In this document: in pieces, positions 44,969 to 53,315 of the stretch
Numbering within the stretch: the first letter of the stretch is position 1
How the letters are laid out: every line of letters begins with the position of its first letter
Assembly: GCA_963717985.1 (NCBI GenBank)
Contig: CAVQYC010000007.1
Span: 101,033 to 165,032 of the forward strand
Length of the DNA stretch: 64,000 nt
Direction of reading: 5' to 3'
Origin: an uncultured delta proteobacterium
GTDB lineage: Bacteria > Desulfobacterota > Syntrophorhabdia > Syntrophorhabdales > WCHB1-27
Notes under the pieces: model-generated
Seen by the model: the letters and a program-made list of their open reading frames with translations, nothing else
Database searches by the model: none
Told to the model about the DNA's origin: nothing
Program-made: the position numbers and the translations under genes

Positions 44969-46078
44969 CTACTCGATCCTTTTTTTAAGCTTTCTGCAGG
45001 CGAGGATAAACACGACGACCGCATAGAGCGTGAGGAGCGCCACTTCAAGCCAGAGGAAGCGCAGGCCTATGCCTTTCAGGAATATCCCTTTCAGGATGGA
45101 GACAAAATACCGGGCCGGGACCGCGTACGTGACAATCCGGAGTGGTGCGGGCATGTTCGCAATGCTGAAGACGAAACCGGAGAGCAGGAACGAGGGGAGA
45201 AAGGAGGTGAGCATCCCCAGTGTGCTCGCCAGGAGCTGGTTTCTCGTGGCCGCGGAAATCAATATACCGAAGCTGAGCCCTCCTATGAGGAAGATGGCCG
45301 AGGTCGCAAAAAGCAAAAAGATACTGCCCCGCAAGGGCACTCCCAGGAGAAAGGCACTGATCAACACGCAAAGGGCCGTGTCGGCGAAACCGATGAGCAA
45401 ATAAGGGATCAGCTTGCCGATGACCATCTCTGCCGGCTTCACCGGAGTTGATATGAGCTGCTCCATGGTGCCGCTGTCCCATTCCCTCGCAACGGTAAGA
45501 GAGGTAAGCACTGCGACGATGACGGACATAATGAGGGCGATAAGTCCGGGAATGACGAAATTTCTTGATTTCAGCTCCGGATTGTACCAGACCCTGCTGC
45601 GCAGGTCGATGACGGGAGGAATGGGCTGTAAGGCCTGTCTTCGGCTAAACTGCCCGGCGATGCTGGTGATGTACCCCAGGGCGATTGTCGCAGTATTGGA
45701 ATTGCTCCCATCGAGAAGGACTTCCACGGAGGAAGGCTTTCCCGTTCTTATATTTTTTGAAAAATCAAAAGGGATGACAAGGGCGACCCTGGCACTGTCG
45801 GAATCCAGGTATCTGTCTATCTGCGCGTAGGAAGCAGGATGGGCCACCGTGGTAAAGTACCCGGACTCGGTGAACTGCGTCACAAGCTCCCTGCTCACGC
45901 TGCTTTTGTCCTGGTCGTAGACGGCCATGAGGATGTTATTCACGTCGAAGGTGATTGCATACGCGTAGATGAGCAGGAGTATGACCGGCAAGAGGAAGGC
46001 CATGGCCAGGCTCAAGTGATCGCGGCGCACCTGGATCCATTCCTTTTTCGCCATCGCCTTGATGCGCAGGAGGCTCAT
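44969..46078 (-). CDS. ABC-2 type transporter permease (YbhS/YbhR-like)
   Basis: MSLLRIKAMAKKEWIQVRRD N-terminus. Same architecture as its paralogous neighbour. Confidence 0.85.
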   Translation of the reverse strand: MSLLRIKAMAKKEWIQVRRDHLSLAMAFLLPVILLLIYAYAITFDVNNILMAVYDQDKSSVSRELVTQFTESGYFTTVAHPASYAQIDRYLDSDSARVALVIPFDFSKNIRTGKPSSVEVLLDGSNSNTATIALGYITSIAGQFSRRQALQPIPPVIDLRSRVWYNPELKSRNFVIPGLIALIMSVIVAVLTSLTVAREWDSGTMEQLISTPVKPAEMVIGKLIPYLLIGFADTALCVLISAFLLGVPLRGSIFLLFATSAIFLIGGLSFGILISAATRNQLLASTLGMLTSFLPSFLLSGFVFSIANMPAPLRIVTYAVPARYFVSILKGIFLKGIGLRFLWLEVALLTLYAVVVFILACRKLKKRIE

Positions 46079-46079
46079 T

Positions 46080-47015
46080 TCATGAAACCTCGATCAGGGT
46101 CACGAATACATCTTCCAGGGACGGCACTACCTTGTCTATCCGCTCTACCGTGATGCCTGAACCAGCCAGAATCTGTTTTATGCGGGGGGCGGATAGTTCC
46201 GCGTCTTCCACGGTGGCGTGGAGGGTGCTGCCGAAGATGGCGTTGTCTATCCCATTCTTGAGAAGGATCTCCAGGGCCTCGACGGTCCTCTCCGTCTCTA
46301 TCTCCAGAATGTCCCGTTTCATGTAGTTCTGCCGCAGCTCCATGGGCGCCCCTTCCGCGATGATCTGCCCCTTATAGATCAGGGCCAGTCTGTCGCAGTA
46401 GTCGGCTTCCTCCATGTAGTGGGTAGTGACAAAGATGGTCGTGCCCGATTCCGCCATCTCCCGTATCAGGTTCCAGAAGCTGCGCCTCGACAGGGGGTCG
46501 ACGCCGGAAGTAGGCTCGTCCAGGAACAGGACCGGAGGCTCGTGGAGGACCGCGCATCCGAGGGCGAGGCGTTGTTTGAAGCCCGTGGGGAGCGTTCTCG
46601 TGAGGACATGCTTTTTGTCCTCGATCCCGGCCATTGCCAGCACCCAGGCCTTGCGGGCCTCTTTCTTTGCTTTAGGGACCTTGTAGACCCCGCCGAAAAA
46701 GTTGATGTTCTCTTCCACGGTGAGATCGTCGTAGAGGGAGAATTTTTGCGACATATAGCCGATGATCTTTTTTACGGCTTCCGGCTCGGTGCGGATGTCG
46801 TACCCGCCTACCGTTCCGCCCCCGCCGGTCGGCATGAGCAGGCCGCAGAGCATCCTTATGGTTGTCGATTTCCCCGCTCCGTTGGGTCCCAGAAAGCCGA
46901 AGATCGCTCCCTTTGCCACCTGGAGGCTGATCTTATCCACGGCAATGAAACTGCCGAAGGTGCGGCTGAGCTCGTGTACGTCCACGGCCGGCTCAAGTCT
47001 GCGCATCAGTGTCAT
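46080..47015 (-). CDS. ABC transporter ATP-binding protein
   Basis: GPNGAGKST, signature LPTGFKQRL, LFLDEPTSGVD. Confidence 0.9.
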   Translation of the reverse strand: MTLMRRLEPAVDVHELSRTFGSFIAVDKISLQVAKGAIFGFLGPNGAGKSTTIRMLCGLLMPTGGGGTVGGYDIRTEPEAVKKIIGYMSQKFSLYDDLTVEENINFFGGVYKVPKAKKEARKAWVLAMAGIEDKKHVLTRTLPTGFKQRLALGCAVLHEPPVLFLDEPTSGVDPLSRRSFWNLIREMAESGTTIFVTTHYMEEADYCDRLALIYKGQIIAEGAPMELRQNYMKRDILEIETERTVEALEILLKNGIDNAIFGSTLHATVEDAELSAPRIKQILAGSGITVERIDKVVPSLEDVFVTLIEVS

Positions 47016-47985
47016 TCCCCGTCTCAGCGCTCCCTTCGGATCTTGTCACGAGGGCGATGAACGCGTCTTCGAGGGACGGCAAAATCGACCGTTTCCCCGT
47101 GACCTCGATGCCGCTGCCGGCCATGGCCGCCACCACTGCATCGCCCGCATCGGCCGCATCGAGACCCACGTGAAGCCTGTCTCCGTAGGCGGTCACGCTC
47201 CGGACACCGGGAATGCCGGCCGCGACAGCCCGCGCCTGCCGCCCGGCACGAGTGAGTATCTCGATCATGGGCACATGGAGCATCCTCCTCACCTCCCGGG
47301 GCTCACCCGTAATCAGGAGCTTTCCTTTGTGGATGAGTCCGATCCTCGAGCACCGCTCGGCCTCGTCGAGGTAGGCCGTGGAGACGAAAATCGTCACCCC
47401 CTCACGCAGAAGGTCGTAGAGTATCCGCCAGAGGTCCCTGCGCGACACGGGATCAACGCCGCCCGTCGGCTCATCGAGGAGGAGGACCTTGGGCGTGTGG
47501 ATGAGTGCGCAGGCGAGGCCAAGCTTTTGTTTCATGCCTCCTGACAGATTGCCCGCGAGCCGGTCCCGAAAAGGGGTGAGGTTGCTGAAAGCCAGGAGCC
47601 TCTCGATCCTCGGCGGTCTCTCCTTTTTCGGCACTCCGTAGAGGTCTGCGTAGAAGAGCACATTTTCCATGACGGTCAGGTCTTCGTAGAGGCCGAATCT
47701 CTGGGCCATATAGCCGATCTTTTCCTTGATCGCTTCAGGGTCATGGAGGATTGAATGGCCTGCCACCCATACCTCCCCGCCGGTAGGCAGCAATATGCCT
47801 GAAAAGAGCCTCATTATGGTGCTCTTTCCCGCGCCGTCCGGTCCCACAAGCCCAAAAAGCTCCCCTGACGCGACATCGAGGTCGAGATGATCTACCGCCA
47901 CATTGTCGCCGAAGGCCTTTATCAGGCCTGAGGCCTTTATCGCTCTATCTTCCGCCATCTGTTCCGGCGTCTTTTCGTGCGTCAT
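46993..47985 (-). CDS. ABC transporter ATP-binding protein
   Basis: GPDGAGKST, LSGGMKQKL, LLLDEPTGGVD. Together with the next gene it resembles the two halves of E. coli YbhF. Confidence 0.9.
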   Translation of the reverse strand: MTHEKTPEQMAEDRAIKASGLIKAFGDNVAVDHLDLDVASGELFGLVGPDGAGKSTIMRLFSGILLPTGGEVWVAGHSILHDPEAIKEKIGYMAQRFGLYEDLTVMENVLFYADLYGVPKKERPPRIERLLAFSNLTPFRDRLAGNLSGGMKQKLGLACALIHTPKVLLLDEPTGGVDPVSRRDLWRILYDLLREGVTIFVSTAYLDEAERCSRIGLIHKGKLLITGEPREVRRMLHVPMIEILTRAGRQARAVAAGIPGVRSVTAYGDRLHVGLDAADAGDAVVAAMAGSGIEVTGKRSILPSLEDAFIALVTRSEGSAETGNDTDAQT

Positions 47986-48968
47986 TTAAGCAGGATCCTC
48001 ACATCCGCGGGCATGCTGGGCTTCAGCTCGTTATTCACGTTCTCCACCCGTACCTTGACGCCGAAAACCAGCTTTACCCGCTCCTCCTGAGTTTGTACGT
48101 TTTTTGGTGTGAACTCCGCTTCCGAGGAGATGTAGCTTATCCACCCGTTATATACTTTGCCGCGGTACGTGTCGGTAGTTACCTGCGCCTTCTGCCCGAG
48201 CTTGACGAGGCCCAGCTTATCTTCCTTCACATAGACTTTTATCCATGGACTCGCCAGATCGCCTATGGTGTAGACAGGGGTGCCCTGTGCCACGGTTTCA
48301 CCGAGCTCCACGTTCTTTCTCAGGATAATCCCGGGAAAGGGCGCGTAGATGAGTGTATCGTTGAGCTTCTCCTCGGCAACCCTGAGTTGTGCCCGGGCTT
48401 GACGGACCCGGTAGGCGGCCGCCTCGATACTCTCCTTGCGCGGGCCTTCTTTCGTGAGGCTGAGCTGTTCTGCGGCGTGGCGGAGCTGGGCAGCCCGGCT
48501 CTCAAAGGAGCTTTTTGCGGCATCGAACTGGGCCGACGCTATGGCCCCGTTATGGAAAAGCATTTCTGAACGCTCGTAGTCTTTCCTGATACGGACCAGC
48601 TCCGCCTCCTCGGATTGCACGCTCGCCTTTGCCTGTTCGATCTCCTGGGGCCTCGACCCTGCCTCAAGCTCGGCGAGGCGGGCCTCGGCTTCCTGAAGGG
48701 CCGCCCTCTGCTGGGCCACTGTGCTCGTCAACTCCGCGTTATCGAGCCGCGCCAGGAGGTCTCCCTTCCGCACTGATTGTCCCTCATCCACGAGCAGGTC
48801 GATTACCCTTCCGGCCGGCTTAAAGCCCGTATTCGTCTCCGTGACCTCCATATTGCCGGACAAAAGGAGCACATGCTCTTCCCCCCTTTTCCCGAAATAG
48901 ATCGCCGACAAGAAGACCGCCACAGCCGCTGCAAGGGCGATGACCGCAATTGCCAGACTTTTCTTCAT
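47982..48968 (-). CDS. HlyD-family membrane fusion protein
   Basis: N-terminal transmembrane segment, long coiled-coil hairpin (AELTSTVAQQRAALQEAEARLAELEAG...) and beta-barrel C-domain. Confidence 0.9.
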   Translation of the reverse strand: MKKSLAIAVIALAAAVAVFLSAIYFGKRGEEHVLLLSGNMEVTETNTGFKPAGRVIDLLVDEGQSVRKGDLLARLDNAELTSTVAQQRAALQEAEARLAELEAGSRPQEIEQAKASVQSEEAELVRIRKDYERSEMLFHNGAIASAQFDAAKSSFESRAAQLRHAAEQLSLTKEGPRKESIEAAAYRVRQARAQLRVAEEKLNDTLIYAPFPGIILRKNVELGETVAQGTPVYTIGDLASPWIKVYVKEDKLGLVKLGQKAQVTTDTYRGKVYNGWISYISSEAEFTPKNVQTQEERVKLVFGVKVRVENVNNELKPSMPADVRILLK

Positions 48969-48980
48969 CTAAGGACCTCC

Positions 48981-49080
48981 TCTGCAATTACCGGGGCTCA
49001 GCGCCCCCTCCGTGAGCAAGCTCACCGAGCCTCCCCCCTCACAAATGCACTTACTTACCGGGGCTCAGCGCCCCCTCAAA
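48981..49080. repeat. two copies of a ~67-nt GC-hairpin repeat in the tolC-hlyD intercistronic spacer
   Basis: An exact 23-nt duplicate TTACCGGGGCTCAGCGCCCCCTC at 48988-49010 and 49055-49077 (period 67). It contains the hairpin GGGGC-TCAGC-GCCCC. Confidence 0.8.
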
Positions 49081-49101
49081 AGAGGAAGAAGCATAATGCG
49101 C

Positions 49102-50445
49102 TCAATAGCCCGGCGGATACTCTCCCATAGCTTTCCTTAGCGACGCGAGGGCGACTTCCCTGTCATAGAGTGCCTGATAGTAGTCACTTTCGGCCCTCAG
49201 CAACGCCGTCTGCGCGTCGATCACATCGGTCGTCGTGCCCGATCCCGCGCCGAACTTGAGGTGCTCGACCCGGACTGTCTCCCGGGCGCTTTCTATCGCC
49301 TTTTCCGCGACTTTTATCCTGTCGGACGTGTTTGCGACGCTCAGCCTGGCGTCCCTCACCTCCCGGGATATGTTCAGTCTTACCAGGCGCTCTTCCTGCC
49401 TCACTTTTTCGAGTTCCGTCTTCTCTTTGTCCACCTCTGAGCGGATGAGTCCTCCGTCAAAGATCGGGATGCTCAGTCTCAACCCGAGAAACCAGTCTTC
49501 CTGGAAAGAAGTTCCATCCCCTGCCCTTTTTATATATTGGCCGGACCCGTAGATATCGGGAAACCATCTCCCCTGGGCAACCCTTATCCGGCCTTCCGCG
49601 ATGGCCTTCTTTTTTGCAACCGCCAGATAATCGGGCCTTTTGGCAAGAGCAATGTTCATGCCCTCTTCTTCCGACGGACAGGTTGGGATGGAAGGCTCCG
49701 GCTCGACAACGGTAATGGTTGCGCCCGTGTCCTCCATGCCCATGAGGTTTTTGAGGAGCTCGAAGGCGCTATCCAGGTTGTTCCTGACTAAAAGGAGGTT
49801 GTCCTTTGCATGGGCGAGGTCGACCTCCGTCTTCAGGAGGTCCAGGCGGGGGGCTGTGCCCGCCTTCAGAAAAAACTCCACGTCGCGGTAATGGCTTTCG
49901 AGTTGTGTTACCGAGGCCGCGTTTGCCGTGAGAAGCTTCTGAAGCTGCAATATCTTATGGTAGACGCTCGTCACGTTGTAGATCAAGTCCTGCTCCGACA
50001 CCCGGTAGTTGTCCCGGGCGAGGGCCTCTCTCATCTCGGCGACGCGGATGTTCGCCGTGATCCGCCCCCCTCTGTAAAGAGGGACCCTGAACGAAGCGCC
50101 GGCATCATAGATGGTCTTTTCGAAATCGGGCACTACCAGCGCCGCCAGCGTAGTCGGAGTGAGGTTACCGGGCAGAACGAGGGGTGTGAGTGGTGTGGGA
50201 TACCGGTACCGGGTGGCGCCCGACCCGAAATCAACCTTCGGCATCCTTTCGGACTTTGCCGCCTCGATTCCGTATTTCTCGGTGGCCACGTCCTTTTGCG
50301 AAATGCGCAAGCTTGGGTTGTGCTTCAGGGCGAACCGTATGGTCGATTCAAGATTGAAAGGTGCCCCGTCAGCCCGGCAGGGAGTGGGGCAAAACAGGAG
50401 GCCGAGACACACGGCACACAGTAGCGGGAAGAGCCCGTTCCTCAT
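49102..50445 (-). CDS. TolC-family outer membrane efflux protein
   Basis: Signal peptide and two OEP repeats (e.g. LLRAESDYYQALYD near the C-terminus). Confidence 0.85.
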   Translation of the reverse strand: MRNGLFPLLCAVCLGLLFCPTPCRADGAPFNLESTIRFALKHNPSLRISQKDVATEKYGIEAAKSERMPKVDFGSGATRYRYPTPLTPLVLPGNLTPTTLAALVVPDFEKTIYDAGASFRVPLYRGGRITANIRVAEMREALARDNYRVSEQDLIYNVTSVYHKILQLQKLLTANAASVTQLESHYRDVEFFLKAGTAPRLDLLKTEVDLAHAKDNLLLVRNNLDSAFELLKNLMGMEDTGATITVVEPEPSIPTCPSEEEGMNIALAKRPDYLAVAKKKAIAEGRIRVAQGRWFPDIYGSGQYIKRAGDGTSFQEDWFLGLRLSIPIFDGGLIRSEVDKEKTELEKVRQEERLVRLNISREVRDARLSVANTSDRIKVAEKAIESARETVRVEHLKFGAGSGTTTDVIDAQTALLRAESDYYQALYDREVALASLRKAMGEYPPGY

Positions 50446-51125
50446 TCGATGTCTCCTTCGTTTTGCGCTGCCATCCGGTCGATTGCATAAAGGGAGAACC
50501 GGGTAATGTGGCTCGCGCCCGCATCAATTTCCCGCTCCCCGAAATGCTCCCTGTCGAAAAGCTTGCGTATCACGTGTTTGCTCATATAGAAGTAGAAGAC
50601 CTGGCCGACGATACTGAGGCAGCAGAGCCCTGTCTTCTCTTTCGACATGGGCTTTTTGAAGAGTTGCAGGACCGTTGCCGAAAGGAAAGCGAAAGTCGGG
50701 TTTATGATCTCTTCTATGACCTGATCGAAGGCATCCGTCGGCTGTATCAGCTCCTGGGCCATGAGCTTCGCGAAGAGCCCGCCTTCCCCCTCGTCGAGTA
50801 TGCGGGAAAGGAGGGTCCGGATGAAGGTATAAAGACGCTCTTCTGGTGGCAGCGCCGCGTAGCCGCAGAAGTCCAAGGGCTTCTCTCCCCAGACCTTAGC
50901 CCGCAAGGCGATAAGGACCGCCAGATAGAGATGTTTCTTCCCGCCAAAGTAATAATTGACCGCGGCAACGTTGACGCCCGCCTGCTTGCATATGGCCCGG
51001 ATAGTCGTGTACTTATAGCCTGAATCGGCGAAGATTTGCCCCGCCGCCTCAATTATACGGCGCTGTGCGTCCGAGCGGACATCCGAGGGGTAATTCTGTG
51101 GCTGGGTCTCTAGCATATGTTTCAA
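50442..51125 (-). CDS. TetR-family transcriptional regulator
   Basis: TetR HTH: RIIEAAGQIFADSGYKYTTIRAICKQAGVNVAAVNYYFGGK. First gene of the efflux operon. Start is TTG 51125 or ATG 51116. Confidence 0.9.
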   Translation of the reverse strand: MKHMLETQPQNYPSDVRSDAQRRIIEAAGQIFADSGYKYTTIRAICKQAGVNVAAVNYYFGGKKHLYLAVLIALRAKVWGEKPLDFCGYAALPPEERLYTFIRTLLSRILDEGEGGLFAKLMAQELIQPTDAFDQVIEEIINPTFAFLSATVLQLFKKPMSKEKTGLCCLSIVGQVFYFYMSKHVIRKLFDREHFGEREIDAGASHITRFSLYAIDRMAAQNEGDIE

Positions 51126-51135
51126 ACATAAGATT

Positions 51136-51151
51136 AAAACAATTGTTTTAT
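51136..51151. promoter_or_regulatory. perfect 16-bp palindrome, candidate TetR operator
   Basis: TAAAACAATTGTTTTA lies 11-20 nt upstream of the tetR start. Confidence 0.5.
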
Positions 51152-51201
51152 AAAGTCAAGAACTTTTTTGTAGTCGTAAGGGTTTCGTGGGGCTTTCGGT
51201 G

Positions 51202-51525
51202 CTAGGAGCGGATCATGACGAGGAGCATCTTGAACGATTCGACGGCTTTTACTGCGTGGGGAACATGGGCCGGCATGACGATCATATCGCCTTGCCCCAG
51301 GAGATGGGGGGTGCCTGCGATGGTAATCTCGGCGCGGCCTTCCGGCACATAGACAAAGGCGTCAAAGGGGGCGGTGTGCTCGCTGAGACCCTGTCCCCTG
51401 TCAAAGGCAAAAATGGTAAGGGTGCCCGTTTCCTTGTTGACTATCTCCCTGCTTACTATGGCGTCTTTCTGATAGGCTACAAGGCCCGCCAGTTGTTTTG
51501 CCTCGGTTATTTTGCTGTCTTCCAT
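51202..51525 (-). CDS. cupin-domain protein
   Basis: 107 aa, cupin_2-like: GLSEHTAPFDAFVYVPEG...GDMIVMPAHVPHAV. Confidence 0.75.
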   Translation of the reverse strand: MEDSKITEAKQLAGLVAYQKDAIVSREIVNKETGTLTIFAFDRGQGLSEHTAPFDAFVYVPEGRAEITIAGTPHLLGQGDMIVMPAHVPHAVKAVESFKMLLVMIRS

Positions 51526-51682
51526 GACGTTCCCCCTGTGGAAAGCTCAAAAGATACCTACATTGGTTTAAAGATAAGACTGCACGTAGAAATATGCACA
51601 AGAGAAGCGTCGAAGCGTTTTTTTTGAGCGGGATATTTGGTTTTCCCTTGACTCGTCGCGTCTTATTTGTTATTGTGAGGCG

Positions 51683-52300
51683 ATGAACCAGCAAGAGGTC
51701 AAGACCATATATACGTGGTATTCCTCCGTCTACGATAGGCTTTTTTCTCATTTTTTTTTTCCGAGAATAAAACTGGGCATCAATAAATCCAGGATCAGCC
51801 AGGGCGACCGGGTTATCGAGGTAGGCATCGGAACGGGACTGTCACTCCCCCTGTATCCCGGCGGCTGCAACGTCGTGGGCATCGACGTCACGACAAAGAT
51901 GCTTGAAAAGGCACGGGAAAAAAAGGAGAAGCACAAGCTGGACCACGTGGAGCTGATCGAAATGGACGCGGAAAACATGACCTTCGAGGACAACAGCTTT
52001 GACCACGCCGTCGCCGCCTTTGTGGTGACGGTAGTCCCTAATCCTGAAAAAATGGTTTCCGAGATGAAGCGGGTGACGAAAGCCGGCGGCAACATCGTGA
52101 TCCTTAACCACTTCTGCAGCAATAACACCTTCCTTTCGAAAATCGAAAAGGTCTTTTCCCCCTTGTGTGAGAAATGGGGCTGGAGGTCGGATATCTCCCT
52201 GGATCTCCTTTCCAACCATTGCAGCCTTCAGATCAACCAGGTGCTGAAAAAAAACAAACTCGACCCTTGGTCCATCATCATCGCAACAAACAACAAGTGA
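51683..52300 (+). CDS. class I SAM-dependent methyltransferase
   Basis: Motif I VIEVGIGTGLSL, post-I VVGIDVT, FDHAVAAFVV. Confidence 0.8.
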   Translation: MNQQEVKTIYTWYSSVYDRLFSHFFFPRIKLGINKSRISQGDRVIEVGIGTGLSLPLYPGGCNVVGIDVTTKMLEKAREKKEKHKLDHVELIEMDAENMTFEDNSFDHAVAAFVVTVVPNPEKMVSEMKRVTKAGGNIVILNHFCSNNTFLSKIEKVFSPLCEKWGWRSDISLDLLSNHCSLQINQVLKKNKLDPWSIIIATNNK

Positions 52301-52301
52301 A

Positions 52302-53135
52302 ATGAAGATAGCCGGCATACAGTTTGCGTGTTCGGACAACAAGGACAAGAACACGGAAAAGGCATGTAAGATGATGGATATGGCCGTTGGAGGGGGGGCG
52401 AAGATCGTCTGCTTTCAGGAGCTTTTCAACCTCTACTGGTTTCCGCGGAGCCGGAGCGAGTCTGCCTTTGAGCTGGCTGAGGAGATAACCGGTCCGACGG
52501 TCGAGCGCGTCAGAAAGAAGGCCGGGGAATCCGCTGCCGTGGTCGTGCTGCCTTTCTTCGAGAAGGCTGATGGGGCCTATTATAATAGCTCCGCGGTAAT
52601 TGACGCCGACGGGCATGTGGCGGGGGTATACCGGACGATCCATGTGCCTGACATCCCATTGTGGGAAGAAAAGTTCTATTTTTCAGCGGGAAACCTGGGT
52701 TTCCCTGTTTTTCACACCAGGTACGGCCGTATCGGTGTGCAAATCTCGTGGGATAACCTGTTTCCGGAAGGATCGAGGATCCTCGCCCTCAAAGGCGCTG
52801 ATATCGTGTTTGCTCCAACTGCGTGCGCGTTCAAATCGCAACATATCTGGCAAACCGTCATTACGAGCAACGCTATTACCAATGGGCTTTTCATGATGCG
52901 GGTCAACAGGGTCGGGAGCGAAGAGAGCCACGATTTTTATGGCATGAGTTTCAGCGCGAGTCCGGAAGGTGAGATAATAGGGGGCCCGACAGGCAGGGCC
53001 GACGGGATCATGCTGGCCGACATCGACAGCGATAAATTGGCAGAAATACGGCGGGAATGGCCGATCGTAAAAGAGCGACGCCCCGACCTGTATAAAGAGA
53101 TACTACTGAGCGGGGCCGGTCCGGAAAGGGCGTGA
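52302..53135 (+). CDS. carbon-nitrogen hydrolase family protein (AguB-like fold) lacking the canonical Lys and Cys
   Basis: Strong family resemblance (VCFQELF, YRTIHVPD, IGVQISWDNLFPE), but T112 and S149 sit where the family Lys and Cys nucleophile are expected. Confidence 0.8.
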   Translation: MKIAGIQFACSDNKDKNTEKACKMMDMAVGGGAKIVCFQELFNLYWFPRSRSESAFELAEEITGPTVERVRKKAGESAAVVVLPFFEKADGAYYNSSAVIDADGHVAGVYRTIHVPDIPLWEEKFYFSAGNLGFPVFHTRYGRIGVQISWDNLFPEGSRILALKGADIVFAPTACAFKSQHIWQTVITSNAITNGLFMMRVNRVGSEESHDFYGMSFSASPEGEIIGGPTGRADGIMLADIDSDKLAEIRREWPIVKERRPDLYKEILLSGAGPERA

Positions 53136-53315
53136 GGATCCGAAAGAAGAGCTATGGTGTGGGGCCTCGTGTCATTCCCGGCGAAGGCCCACCCGTGTGC
53201 AATTGTGGTCGTCTGCGGCCCAAAGGACCGAAGCAAAAGGGCGACGGATACTGCGCCCGATGAGTGGGATCAACGGATGTGCGACCGGATGTGACGACCG
53301 GGAAGGAGACGGTTG

